Shown piece after piece: positions 39,879 through 54,414 of a DNA stretch of 64,000 nucleotides (position 1 is the stretch's first letter; each line of letters opens with the position of its first letter). Source of the DNA: Octopus sinensis (taxonomy: Eukaryota); NCBI RefSeq assembly GCF_006345805.1, contig NC_043005.1:46872001-46936000 (forward strand). Reading direction: 5' to 3'. A model generated the notes under the pieces. The model saw only the letters and a program-made list of their open reading frames with translations. It had not been told where the DNA came from and did not search any database. The translations under genes were made by a program, and so were the position numbers.

Positions 39879-40305
39879 CTCTTCATCTCTCTTGCTCTCT
39901 CAATAACTCTCCCTCTCTCTCTCTCTCCACGTGACTGTGTTTCTCTTTGTGCATGAAATCAAATACATGCGCACGTGCGGACACACTGTTGTCCAAGCGC
40001 GAGCGTGATCTGTTCGAGGTACATGCATACATATATGCATGCTTATGTATGTATATATGCATGCATGTATGCACACACGCACACACATACACAAGCGCGC
40101 ACACACATACACACACACACCAATATACACAGAAATACAGACATATACATAAATATATAGATATCTAAATATACGCTAATTATTAGACAAATTTTTCGGT
40201 ATACATTTTTGTATCTATATGTCTGCCTTGTTACACGTAGTTACTATACGATATATAAATATAACAAAGTAAAGTTGTAAGGTACCGCACGTCGGGAAAT
40301 ATATA

Positions 40306-40613
40306 TGAAAGAAGGTTCGAAAATGCAATTTTAAAGATGTTCATTGACTTGACCGGTTTTACTTTTTTAGGAAAAATATTGTCAAAAGTAAAATGTAAAG
40401 CTTTGTATAAACTTTGTTGTGTTAAATATTGGTTACCACAAAAGTATTATAACTGTATTTTTGCATTTTAATACTTTTGTGATAACCAGTGCTCAACGCA
40501 ACAAAGCTTTATACAAAGTTTTACATTTTACTTTTGACAATCTTTTTCTAAAAATGTGAAAACGGTCAAATCAATAAACATTCTTTAAAATTGCATTTTC
40601 AAACCTTCTTTCA
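40306..40613. mobile_element. Foldback/MITE-like palindromic element in TA context
   Basis: About 145-bp imperfect inverted arms starting TGAAAGAAGGTT(C/T)GAAAATGCAATTTTAAAG, with a short spacer; truncated copy of the same end at about 43907-43940. Confidence 0.85.
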
Positions 40614-41049
40614 TATATATATATATATATATATATAATACCTCTTACAGGGATGTCAGCTTCAATTAACTATATTCATTATGAATCTCTAATTTAATCT
40701 TTGTAATTTGAATTAAATGGGCATGGAAACGATCGCAAGATCTCGCAGGTGCGTTACTTCTGCTAGATATTAATGTATTGTAATCTCTCTTCATATCACC
40801 TATTGCGGTTTAATATTTAAGATTTCGACGACTCCTCCGTGGTGCTGTTATGCATTTATAATAAAATATATATATATAAATTTAAAAAATAATAATAGTA
40901 AAATATACATTACAGTATTGTTTCTACTTTGCGGATTTTCCCCTATCGTAGGAGACTGGGGAACGTAACACTTGCGATAATCAAGGGATTACTGTATAGA
41001 CACACAAACACACACACATATACACACATATATATGTGTGTGTGTTGTT

Positions 41050-41088
<39 letters not shown>

Positions 41089-41158
41089 ACATATATCTAT
41101 ATATGTATGTATATATATATTATATAATATATAATATATATATATTATATATATATTG

Positions 41159-41227
<69 letters not shown>

Positions 41228-41231
<4 letters not shown>

Positions 41232-41400
41232 AAAAAGAACTCAGGTAGATTCAACAATTTAGAATAATAATACATATACTCAGTCATAAAACCGGTGTAT
41301 GCTGCACACCTGGAGAAGTACGTTGCGCCGAAACAATTGTAGTGATTAAAAGATAAACGTTCAGTTATATCCCTTCTTGTTGACTCCAGTTTTTTCAATT
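41228..41400 (+). repeat. TA-flanked Penelope-like terminal remnant with hammerhead-like motif (41307-41344)
   Basis: CAC-CTGGAGA-a-stemII-GAAA-C-AATT-G-TA-GTG; the family assignment is inference. Confidence 0.5.
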
Positions 41401-42624
41401 ATATATATATATATGTATATGAATATAATGGTTCGCATATGCATATATATACACATACATATACACAAACTTACACAAACACAGATATAATGTTCGTTTA
41501 TAATGTTTGTTAGATTTTAAACTTCTAGCTTTAAGCTCACGTAAATCATTTATTTATATATTTGTAGCATTGTTAAACAAAGGAATTTCCGAAACCGGTT
41601 TGGTATTTTAATAAATCTATTGCAAAATTGATAAATGACTCCATGTTATGAGAGTCAGGTGCATTTTCAAGCCCGAAAGCAAATTCTCCCTTTTTCTTCC
41701 CATATATATATATATATTCGATTAGGTAAACGGAAGTTGGAACTAGTATAACTTTTTATACCACTTCCATCAGCTGTTTACCTAATCGATTATTTTCTCA
41801 ACCAACACTCCGGAATTCCTTAAGTAGGTCCAAAGGAAATATACCCCAAATGCGGATGGCAACACTAACCAAACTGAATGTTTTCACACCTTTTTATCAT
41901 AAGAGAGATTTTTCTCCACGGTAACTACAGTGTATTTGCCTTTAGCAGTTGAACTATATTACAAATATATTTCAACTAGCCTAAATTCTGCTCATATATA
42001 TCTATATATATGACCTCTCCATCTGAATGGCACATCATGGATCTATGCAACTAACGAAGAAATAGAAGCCTGGTTATTTACTCAAGACATTCAGGTCTCT
42101 CCGCATTTATCAACAAGGGATCCTCTCACGGACTTTTGGTTATTTTGTTTTTAATTCATAGTAGAGCGCTTTGAGAGAAGAGTCAGCTGCTTCTTATGGA
42201 AAGATTTGGGATTTCTAGGGCATCTTGTGCATAAATAAATATTGTTTAATTAAGGACGAGGATAATAAAGTAGAAACTGCTAATTCTGATATCATTTACA
42301 GTGACAAGTCACTTACTGAGTACTGTATGTGCAAATTCTCAATGCTAGGGAAGACATATGCTGATCGATCAACTAATCATGAAACGGCTCATCAGGGAGG
42401 TCCCCCACCTTCCCCCATTTCTGTAAATCATAAAGGGGATGCATTTACATTCTTCTACTTAATTTATTAAATTGTAATTATAGTAATATATAATTAATTT
42501 GACAGCGACGGCTTTCTAAAATGCAAAGTTTTAATTCAATAGGTTTCATACGCGCCATGTTGCGCATATATACATACACATTCACATATATGTATGATGG
42601 ATGTATGTATGTGCGTATATAAGC

Positions 42625-42683
<59 letters not shown>

Positions 42684-42774
42684 ATATATGTATTTATATA
42701 TGTATATATATACGTATGCATGTACGCATGTATATGTATATATATATGTATATATATGTATGCATATAAACTGG

Positions 42775-43092
42775 TACACTGTCGGTTACGACGATGAATG
42801 TTCCAGTTGATACGATCAATTTAACGGCTTTCTCGTGAAATTAACGTGCAAGCGACTGAGCAATACACAGACACATGTACCCTTAACGTAGATCTCGGGG
42901 AGATTCAGCAATGCAGGGAACGTGACAAGCTGGCCCTTTGAAATATAGGTACAGCTCATTTTTGCCAGCTGTGAGGACTGGAGCAACATGAAATAAAGTG
43001 AATTGCGCAAGGGCGCAATTGGCCTTCTGGGATCGAACTTACGACTTTCCAATCGCGTGTCGTATACCGTAAACACTAAGCCTACACTTATA
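42775..43092 (-). mobile_element. tRNA-derived SINE group C (different 3' body)
   Basis: ggactggagcaacatgaaataaagtg domain; head at about 43030-43090. Confidence 0.8.
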
Positions 43093-43124
43093 TGTATATC
43101 TGCATAAATGTATATCTGCTCACA

Positions 43125-43353
43125 GGCGGTGAGCTGGCAGAAACGTTAGCGCGCCGGGCGAAATGCGTAGCCGTATTTCATCTGTCGTTACGTTCCGAGT
43201 TCAAATTCCGCCGAGGTCGACTTTGCCTTTCATCCTTTCGGGGTCGATAAATTAAGTACCAGTTACGCACTGGGGTCGATGTAATCGACTTAATCCATTT
43301 GTCAGTCCTTGTTTGTTCCCTCTGTGTTTAGCTCCTTGTGGGTAGTAAAGAAA
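43125..43353 (+). mobile_element. SINE group A (well preserved)
   Basis: ggcggtgagctggcagaaacgttagc...gcctttcatcctttcggggtcgataaattaagtaccag. Confidence 0.92.
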
Positions 43354-43477
43354 TATATATGTATATCTGCATAAAACATGTAAATAATATTCGACACATA
43401 ACCAACGTTGAATCACTGGCATATGTTCATATTCAGATATACATGTTCATAAAAAAGAGAGGTAAACATTCAGCCGC

Positions 43478-43663
43478 AGGCGCAGGTGTAGGCCTGGCTA
43501 TGTGGTAAAGATGTTGCTTCCCAAGCACATGGTTTCGTATCACTTCCACTGCATGTCACCTTTAGCATGTGTCATCTACTATAGTCTTGGGTCGACCAAA
43601 GGCTTGTGTGTAAATTTGGTAGACGGAAACTGAATTAAACCCGTCGTATATATATACATAAAA

Positions 43664-43695
<32 letters not shown>

Positions 43696-44178
43696 CATTT
43701 ACTATGCTAGATCGTTAGCCACTACACATTCTTTACTTTCTCTCCTTGTTTCTTTCTGTGTTCCTTTCTGTGGAAGAGCGTAGGCTCGAAACGTTGAAGA
43801 CTTTTTCACTTCCCGAGCGTTGTTCTAATACATTTGTTTGATGTCTACACCACTTGTCTTCGTCTTTTGTTTTTCTGTGAATTCTCCTTATATATATATA
43901 TATATATGAAAGAAGGTTTGAAAATGCAATTTTAAAGGGTGTTATACATATATATATGTGTGTATATAATTGTGTGTGTGTCTTTGTGACTGTATTTGTC
44001 CAACATCACCGCCTGATAACCGGTTTTGTAGTGTTTACTTCCCCGTAACCGAGTGGTTCGGCAAAAGCGACCGACAGAATAAGTACTTGGCTTAAAAAAT
44101 AAGTCCCGGGGTCGATTCGTTCGGCTAAAACCTTTCAAGGCGGTGCTCCAGCATGACCGAAACAAGTAAAAGAATTCA
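43478..44178 (+). mobile_element. SINE group B split by nested repeats (halves 43478-43650 and 43965-44178)
   Basis: Both halves are collinear with intact copies. Confidence 0.8.
43700..43890 (+). repeat. TA-flanked Penelope-like terminal remnant with hammerhead-like motif (43764-43799)
   Basis: CTTT-CTGTGGA-a-GAGC-gtag-GCTC-GAAA-CG-TT-GAAG; the 3' part recurs inverted at about 50803-50905. Confidence 0.55.
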
Positions 44179-44544
44179 TACTCAGCATTATTGTAAGTAT
44201 AAAATGGGGAGGCATGTTTGTGTGTAATTGTGTGTATGCATCGGTATAACGCGTATGCATCTGTATAAACATTTCCTTTTATGAAAGAAAAAATAGTAGA
44301 AAATCAAGTAGAAAAAATAATAACGGTGACATGATTAAAAACAAAAATTCATGGATATGAGTGCAATAGTCGAATGACGTGGAAGAAAGCGCATACACAA
44401 ACATATGTGTATACGCACCAACGTGTATATTTTTGCATGCAATATATCTATGCAAATGTGTGTGTATGTGTAAACACACACAAACACACTCACACCACAC
44501 ACACTATATATGTATGTATATATTCTATATATATATATATATAT

Positions 44545-44577
<33 letters not shown>

Positions 44578-44928
44578 CGTGTATATGATTGTGTATATAA
44601 GAGAGTATGTATGTGTGTGAGGGATAAATAGAGATAAAGAAAATAGAGCGAGCGTAAGGGGGAAAGTGTATGGTGTGGTAACAATCAGAAAAAGGAAATA
44701 TCTATGTGTAGATTTAAACGTACAAATGTAGAAAAATTCGAGAAAAGCAGATCAGCTGAACGATCGTAGAGACAGGAATGTTCTGTTTTTCTTATCTGGG
44801 AGAAACTTGCCCAACGTCAGCTAAACGGCATTAGCAAGGCAGCCATTAGAGTCAAGCTGTCCGGACGAATCGGTTAAATTTCTCAACTATTTTTTCAGCT
44901 GTAATCATTTTCTAATTCGCTTATGCAC

Positions 44929-45212
44929 CTCTTTCGAACGATACCAGCGGCTCCACCAGAAATTCGGAAGAGTCTTAGAAGAAACGGAGAGAGAAACAGA
45001 TCAATCAATAATAGTAGTCTGCTTCTGTGCGCAGATAAACGTCTTAGTTATATCTCAGAATATACGAACCAAAGACGGAATACTTTTGAAGTCTTTTCAG
45101 AGATGAGCTGGTTTTACTTGAAACATTACTTTGTGTTTTAGAAACCTTACCTCCTGAACAAATAGGAATAAAAATGTCATGTTTGTTTAAGTGTAATATG
45201 CGGAATCGAGGT
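44929..45212 (-). CDS. Two weaker candidate exons: 45212-45151 (PRFRILHLNKHDIFIPICSG) and 44973-44929 (DSSEFLVEPLVSFER)
   Basis: Strong donor GAG|gtaagg at 45151; strong acceptor tttctctctccgtttcttctaAG at 44973; phases join; the first acceptor is weak. Confidence 0.35.
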
Positions 45213-45406
45213 CTGTGTGCAAGTACTCGTCGACATATATTTCTTCAATCTTTGCCTCGTTCTTTACAAATTCAGGAAAAAGGCGACTTAGAAACAGTTA
45301 TCTCAAACTATATAATTTCAAAGCTTTAGTCTTTTTTTAATTATTGTTAATTTATTAGTTTCAAAAATCTTATTTAACCCCCGCGCACACAAACACACAC
45401 ACATGC

Positions 45407-45443
<37 letters not shown>

Positions 45444-45486
45444 ATATATATATATGCATGCATAAACAAGTATATTTTAACATGCT

Positions 45487-45517
<31 letters not shown>

Positions 45518-45705
45518 ATGTGTGTGTATATCCACATACTTATGCATGCAGGAATATATAGATACAGACACATATATATACATATATATATATGCGTGTA
45601 TATGTATATGTATATGTTTGTATGTTTGTACGTGAAGATGTATGTATATATTGTATGTGTATCGTACATACATAAACGCAGTGCTATAAATGTATACCTA
45701 TGTGA

Positions 45706-45740
<35 letters not shown>

Positions 45741-45929
45741 TGTGTGTGTCTGTGTGTGTCTGTGTGTCTGAAATTGGAGAGAGGGGACTACTCTATGAAT
45801 ATTTTCATTGTTACACCCACTCGTTAAATATTCACATATATAGACATACATATGTGATATGCGGGCGTGCAAGTGTGCGTGTATATATATATATATGTAT
45901 ATATATGTGTATATATATTATATATATAT

Positions 45930-45979
<50 letters not shown>

Positions 45980-46056
45980 ATATATATGTATATATATATG
46001 TGCATATATATATGCATATATGTATATATGCATATATGTATATGTATATGTATATA

Positions 46057-46113
<57 letters not shown>

Positions 46114-46119
46114 GCATAT

Positions 46120-46303
46120 ATATAGCCGTTTACATTTACCCCAGTGTACTTCATTGGTACTTCATTTATCGACTCTGAAAAAATGAAAGGCAAAGTCGAC
46201 CCTGACAGAATTTGTACTCAGAACGTATAGACGGATGAAATACCGTACGCAGTTTGCCCAACGTCCTAAATATTATATTAGCCCGCCGCCTTCAATGATG
46301 ATG

Positions 46304-46358
<55 letters not shown>

Positions 46359-46571
46359 TAATCTTTTTTACTCTAGGCACAAGGCCATAAATGTTTGGGA
46401 AGGGGCCTGGTACTTAATTTATCGACCCCGAAAGGATGAAAGGTAAAGTCAACCTCGGCAGAATATGAACTCAGAGCGTAGCGACGGTAGAAATACCGCT
46501 AAGCATTTCGTCCAACGTGCTACCGACTCTAATAATGATAATAAAAAAAAAGAAAAATAATAATAATAATA

Positions 46572-46614
<43 letters not shown>

Positions 46615-46665
46615 TGATGGCATGAACTGCTCTCTCACTCAATAATAATAATAATAATAATAATG

Positions 46666-46714
<49 letters not shown>

Positions 46715-46930
46715 TATTAATTATAATAATATTAGTAAAACTAATAATAATAATAATACAGGCACAAGGCCTGAAATTTTGGTGTATGGGGCTAGTCATC
46801 GACCCCAGTGTACAGTTCATGCTTATTTTAGAGACCCCGAAAATGATCTGAAAAAGACAAATATGACCATGATGGGATTTGAACGCTCAAGGTACAGAGC
46901 CAGAAGAATTGCTGCTAAGAATTTTGTTTT
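46120..46930 (-). mobile_element. Three same-orientation SINE group A copies interleaved with (AAT)n
   Basis: Copies at about 46120-46280, 46365-46530 and 46762-46930. Confidence 0.8.
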
Positions 46931-47377
46931 TCACCAGAGTGAGTATAATACATTTGTGTCTTTAGTATAAAACGTGATCTCACATGTATGTGCGTATATA
47001 TTTGCATGTGCATGTGTGTATTTATATGTCTGTGTCTGTGTGTATATGAATGTTTCTCTTTCTCAATCGCTCCCTCTCTCTATCTTTCTCTCTCTCCTTT
47101 TGTTCTCTCTACCTAACTATATATGTGTGTGTGTGCGTATGTACGTATGTATGCGTATATGTATGTCTGTATGCGTAAAAATACGCACATATATAGGTGT
47201 GTCTTCGCGTATGCATGTTCGTGCTCATATACATATAGCTTTTTATAAACTATATATTTATGAGTGTATACAGATTTGTATTGATATACATTTGAACATA
47301 AAACATGCTAAATTTAAGCCTGTGCATATACACACACATGAAAATACAGATATTCTCACACACACACACACACGCAT

Positions 47378-47428
<51 letters not shown>

Positions 47429-48056
47429 CATAAACATATAATGTGTCTGAATGCGGGGAAACTGAGAGAAAAGAAAATTTAGCTACGCAGACACAAAACA
47501 AGACACTCACGCTTATGAAAGAGAATATAAGGGAAGGAGAATGTAAATTGAGAGAAAAATGTAAGGAAGCGGCAAGAGAAGGTCAGAAAAAGATAGAAGC
47601 AAGAGATAACAAATGAAAAAGAATGAATATAATTAGCTCTATTGCCGTTGTGGGTTGGGTTGAACGTTGGACTCTGATTATAGATTCCATTAAATATGTT
47701 GTGTGTAAATGAAACGCTTCGACGAATGTCTATAGAACTTGCAAGTATGATACTAATGACTGACTTGAACTATGTTCGACTTTGCAGTTCGATGAGCTGT
47801 GAAGCGAAACGCCTACATTATTCAAAACATCAGTCCACCTGACAATTTCCATCATAACTTAAGAAGAACCTTCGATCGCCATAATGAAGCGTTTAGTAAT
47901 GGGAGAATCATGACGTTTGCGCTCGTGATCTGGAAATGGAGATTACGTGGTTTCAAGCGCTGTTGACTTATAATATAACCTGTTATTAGTGTTACTAAGC
48001 AGACATGTAACAGACTATTCAGTAAAACCGGAGACAAGGAAAAGGAATAAAAAAAA

Positions 48057-48530
<474 letters not shown>

Positions 48531-49067
48531 ATATAATTCACAGTAAGGCATATACACACATACAATTTATACCCGACGTTTAGTTTACAAAAACGCAAGA
48601 GAATGCGTGGTGTATGTATGAGTGCTTGTGTGTGTGTGTTTATGTGTGTGTCTATGTATGTTTATATCAAGCAACTATACAGAACAATCAAAGCATTACA
48701 GAAGTCTTTTCTACTCTAAGTACAAGGCGCGAAATTTTTTTGGAGCGGGTTACCAGTTGATTAGATCGACCCCAGTACGCTACTGGTACTTAATTTATCG
48801 ACTCCGAAAAGATGAAAGGCAAAGTCGACCTCAATTTTGCTGATACCTAGCGAACTCGTTCATCCCCTGCTTTTCTATTCCCTCTAGAAGCACTGAAGAG
48901 GTACTTAGCTGTACTTTCTGAACTGCTTAACCAGTCTTAGTGTTTTCGTTACCGAATCAACGATTACATTTTGACTCAATTGCTTCATTTTAACTGGTGA
49001 TACTGTGTCAAATGCATATACGGTCACATACATGCATTCAATAATATACGTGTTTGCATACATACGT

Positions 49068-49310
49068 GAAGACACGTGATTTAGCGGTTAGGATATTGCA
49101 CTCATAATCGGAAGATTGAGGTTTCGGTTCACGAACCAGGTGATGCATTGCATTCTTGAGCAAAAACCTTCATTTCACGTTACTCCAGTCTACACAGCTG
49201 ACAAAAATGAGTAATCCTGCAACAAACCAGTGTCCCGTCCAGTGGAGAATATATACCTCCACTGAATCCTGGAAACCGGCAATATGAGTCTATGGTTCGG
49301 AAACGGCCTT
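49068..49310 (+). mobile_element. tRNA-derived SINE group C (diverged)
   Basis: cttgagcaaaaaccttcatttcacgttactccagtc. Confidence 0.75.
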
Positions 49311-50743
49311 TGATTATTTTGATACATGCATACAGCTGGTTTCTTAAGAGTTTCCGTCTGCCATATTCCACTCATGAAATATTGATCAAGCCAATGAGTT
49401 GCTTGATGAAAATTAATACGTAACTATGCATTTCCTCCCTTATTAACTCCTTATCAATACGGTTGTTGTGAACATTTACAAATTAATTGGATCTAGTTTT
49501 CCTTAAGTTCATTGCGACCGTAGAGATTCTGTTATTTCTGGATACTTAAATTGTAGATATAAATTCAAGTATTATATAAAATATTCTAATCACTAGTGTG
49601 AGACTAGTCTATGTGTATGTATACTTGTGTGTATGCGTGCATGTGTGTATGTGTGTGCGCGCGAGCACATGAGCAAAACATGTTCCAAAGACACGAGCTA
49701 GTTATACCCATCTTGTGATTTTTTTCTTGAACATCCAGGACTATATCATGTTACGACCAATGTCTTGTAATTCATTACATAATTTTATTGAAATTACTGT
49801 TAGGAAATCTGTGTGTGTGTGTATGTGTGTGTGTGTAAACATGCCTATAACTGGGTATAAATTGCCATTCAATATATATTTACATCCGTTTACTTCCCAA
49901 TTTCAATCTCACTGAGTTCAGAGCTTCATATCCTGGTTCTATGGTCAATGAATGATGTATCTTTTAAAGGCTGGTCGATTTAGATATTGAGACTGTTATC
50001 TCAGATGTGAGGTATAGTTTTTCTTTTGTTTTTTTTTTGTTTTTTTTTGTAAACATACAAATTGCAATTAAATTTATAAAGAGATAAAGCTACTGGAAAA
50101 TTACATATACACACATGCATTCTTACACACATACAGGCAAAACACAGACCCTGCAGAATTTATACTCAGTTAAGTAAATTACAATGATCTAACTAATAAA
50201 TATATCAAGAATTCGATTCTTATATCCAACATCTGGTTGCGTCCATGATGGTGACTGCCCAACCTAAGCATCTATGTGCATTTACGAGAAACAACTCCTC
50301 CTACTTTGTACACAGCAGCCAACTCAAACATAGAAAGACCCATACACATAAACAGTAGAATCGGTGTACAAATTGCATTCTGACGAGGCGAACCACTATC
50401 AAAATTTTCAGGTCACAGTCAATAAAATTATTATACAAGTATATATTAGTATGTGAAATACGTTTGTGTACGTATGTAAATATATGCTATTTTATTGAAG
50501 TTGAGAAAAAAAATAAGGAAAGTTTTACAAACTGTTACTCCGAGTTTCCCCGCAACTGTTCATTAGACTGTGGCGAGACCGAATTCTTATTACTGCTCGA
50601 TGGGCGGTAACGTAAAACTCTGACTAACAGATGTGACGTTTTTTCAGCTTCAATAAAATAATGCTTTAATCTGTGATATTTGAATACTATTGTACCTACC
50701 TTGTTTTGCAACTATATGGTCATATGTATGTGTATGTATGTAA

Positions 50744-50802
<59 letters not shown>

Positions 50803-50805
<3 letters not shown>

Positions 50806-50905
50806 GGAGAATTCACAAAAGAAAAGAAAAGATGAAGACAGGTGGTGTAGAAAACAAACAGATGTATTAGTATAACGCTCAGGAATTGAAAAAGTATTTT
50901 ACTTT
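50803..50905 (-). repeat. Inverted partial copy of the 43800-43890 repeat, abutting (TA)n
   Basis: gagaattcacaaaa...gaagacaggtggtgtaga...aacgctcaggaa matches the reverse complement of 43800-43888. Confidence 0.65.
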
Positions 50906-52029
50906 TAGAGAGATAGATAGATAGCTAGAGAGAGAGGAGAGAGAGAGAGAGAGAGATGCATGCATACACACATGCACAAACACATATTAATATACATGCA
51001 GGTATGTATGTATAAATTCATATGTTATTGTATTGCACTTTTGTTATATTAGTGGAAGTTACCCTGCTTCACCGAGAGTCTGACCATTGCTTTGTTGACT
51101 AACAGCAGTGTTGTATTCAGTGTTCCTCGTATGAAGGTTACCTGCAATATAACAAGGGCCGATCGAAAGCAAGATTTATCTTTCAACCACTTAACGAAGC
51201 AGAAATCATTATTACGTCAAGAAAGAAGTTATTATTACGTCGGTATATTTGGTCAGACATGAATCACTTCCTCCTTCGTTTTCAAATATATTGGATCCTC
51301 TTTTATTGTACTGATAAATACAATTACTCTGCTTTTAATTATAGTTCTTTGTGTGTCTTAGAATGAATCAGTGAAACTGTTGATTCTACGTCTCTTCTGT
51401 AGTTGATAAGTATTTGCAATATCTTTGTTAGTTGGAGAACGTGAACAATAAACATGCAACAAACCAGAACATATTACACATGTACGTATCTTAGACTGAA
51501 CAAAACATCATTAAAATTTTATCTCGCTATAATTACCACCGTTCATTCTGGTAGCAGAAAGACTGTCGCCTTTTCTCATTCAAGAAGAGACGTATGTATA
51601 CACAGCAGTATCAGTAAAGTTTAGCTTCACCTATCTTAAACATCCGTTCTGTTTTAGAAAGAGTAACTATATACGTTGCCGCTTGCATAACACATTCATG
51701 ATATCACTGTGAATATGTCGCCTTTGTTTTTGAAGTACAGTGTGGGATTTTTAATGAAAATAGATTAAGTTTCCGTTAGAGCAGGTACTAAAACTTAGAG
51801 TAATCATTGCTCATTATTTAGACATTTTGATCAATAAAGTTTAACGTGAAGAAAATTTCTAAATTCTACACACACGCACACATACACATACATACGTATA
51901 CAAATCCATATACGTATATATATATATATATATGACATATGCATATCAACGTACATACGAAGTCATTTATATATGTTTACACGTATATATTTATCTGTAT
52001 ATGTGCATACATGTATACATCCACATATT

Positions 52030-52263
<234 letters not shown>

Positions 52264-52791
52264 CGCGTGCTCGCATTGAAGCCAACCCACATTATCAGAA
52301 AGTGTTTTGGAATATATGCGTTCGAAATAGAGACCTCACATCCCAATTGGTTTTCTTAGTAAATCCTACACAGGTTAGACTACTGATGATGTAATGAACT
52401 GTGCGGATCTGAGGATGATGAATGTTGAAAATCCCAATGCACCATTTTTCCATTGCTACAGACATCAAATTCCAAACCATTCTACTACATCAAGTTTCGC
52501 TGCGCTTCTAAGCCTAATTCAATAACCGTACTACCCCAAAACTGAGGATAACTACCAGCGTTTTGATTTGTCCGAAATGCATGATCACACACCCTCTATC
52601 AATTACCTTCCAGTCAGTTTCACTAGAAATATCACTGAATTTATGGAAAAAAAAAACCACTCCACAACATCTGGGATTCTCACAACTTTATTTAGCCCTC
52701 ACAATCTAAATATGTTTCTAACTCCAACAGCTGCAGTGGAACTTTCTTCAAAACATCACTTGAATTACAGATAGCGGCTCGTGGATGGATG

Positions 52792-52851
<60 letters not shown>

Positions 52852-52860
52852 ATATATATA

Positions 52861-52903
<43 letters not shown>

Positions 52904-52939
52904 TTCTGTCCGTCTGTCTGTATGTCTGTCTATTTATCT

Positions 52940-53890
52940 GTCTTTCTACCTCGACGTCGTCAAAGCCTTTAATTGTTTTGTTATTCAAATTACTTAGGGT
53001 GAAATACTCTGTAATGAGCTTGAGTGTTAAACTTCATAACTCTTTGAAATCCCTTACTTTTGGTCGAAAACAGGTAGTCACGGTACTCGGACAACATTCT
53101 GCACCCAATCCGATGACAGTTGTCTCGCAGGAATTTGCTATTAGTCCACTGTTGTTTGTTGAATATAATAACGTAATTAACGTAACACCTGTCAACATGC
53201 AGCACTTTACTATGTTAAAATGCTCACACGACATAAAGCTGTACCGTGAAATGAAGGAAACGGATACTATAAAATACAGATCTTTCCAGCGGTCTGACTT
53301 GAACAGAACGCAGCAACTGATTACTAATTGGCAACTTAAACTGTCTATAAGCAAGTGAACACATGTGCACCACTCTACATTTTGGGAAGAAAAAACAGAA
53401 TCTGCCCATTCCCTCTTCAAGAGCAACTTTAAAGCTTTTGCTGATGAACGTTTTTAACAATGACCTGCGTTAGTTGAGTAGCATTCCTAAAATGCTTGAA
53501 AGGGCTGAAGGTTCACAATTAAGACCTTTATCAACCACTCACTAGCTATCTATATAAGGCTATGTAAGCCTGCGTTACGTTCAGATTTGCTGTTAGCATC
53601 GTCAAACTAAAGCACAAATCTTGTCCGGAATATCAATCTACTGCAAGCTGTTCAGTGACGTGTGACCAAGGAATACTCAGTGTCAACCTGTTACTATATC
53701 GTTTACTTCTCTGGGTTTACGTCACATTAATGTTGTAACGTTTAACAGCTGACTTGGAAGCAGCCTACAAGATCATCCGTTATCTTAATAGCAACAACCT
53801 CCTCCCGCGGACATATTTATAATATGACAAAATAATGCATCACCCATGAGTTTCGGAAACAAGTCTTCACGCTTAGAATTGTATTGTCGA
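52940..53890 (+). mobile_element. Decayed CR1/L2-clade LINE reverse transcriptase 3' fragment
   Basis: [29 protein letters not shown], degenerate YADD region (SHDIKLYR), DLNRTQQLITNWQL, DLEAAYKII in RT order. Confidence 0.85.
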
Positions 53891-54020
53891 AACATAGAAC
53901 AAACGACTCACGTCCTTGTTAACTCTCAGAGCACTGCGACCTTCAAATCTTACAATAGAATCGTGCTCTTCGTCTTGACTGTTTACCTTTGTGAAGAGTT
54001 ACGTCAATCCTTTTTAAAAT

Positions 54021-54059
<39 letters not shown>

Positions 54060-54073
54060 GTCATTTTTATTTA

Positions 54074-54280
54074 AAGCGGCGAACTGGCAGAAGGTTTAGC
54101 ACGCAGGGCGAAATACTTTCGTCTGTCTTCGTGTTCTGAGTTCAAATTCCACTGAGGTCGACTTTGACTTTCATCCTTTCGGAGTCGATAAATTAAGTAC
54201 CTGTTGCATACTGGGGTCGATCTAAATCGACTAGCCCCTCCCGCAATATTTCGGACATTGTGCCTAGAGTAGAAAAGAAC

Positions 54281-54338
<58 letters not shown>

Positions 54339-54400
54339 CGTTCTAAGTTCAAATTCTGCTGAAGTTGACTTTGTCTTTCGTCCTTTCGGGGTCGACAAAT
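54074..54400 (+). mobile_element. SINE group A (54074-54278) and fragment (54338-54400)
   Basis: Head and core. Confidence 0.85.
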
Positions 54401-54414
54401 TATGGTTATTTCGA

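Noticed and set aside
51104-51365. About 86-codon stop-free plus frame
   Set aside because: No early start, no family motif, and exon-like signals exist on both strands; not distinguishable from chance
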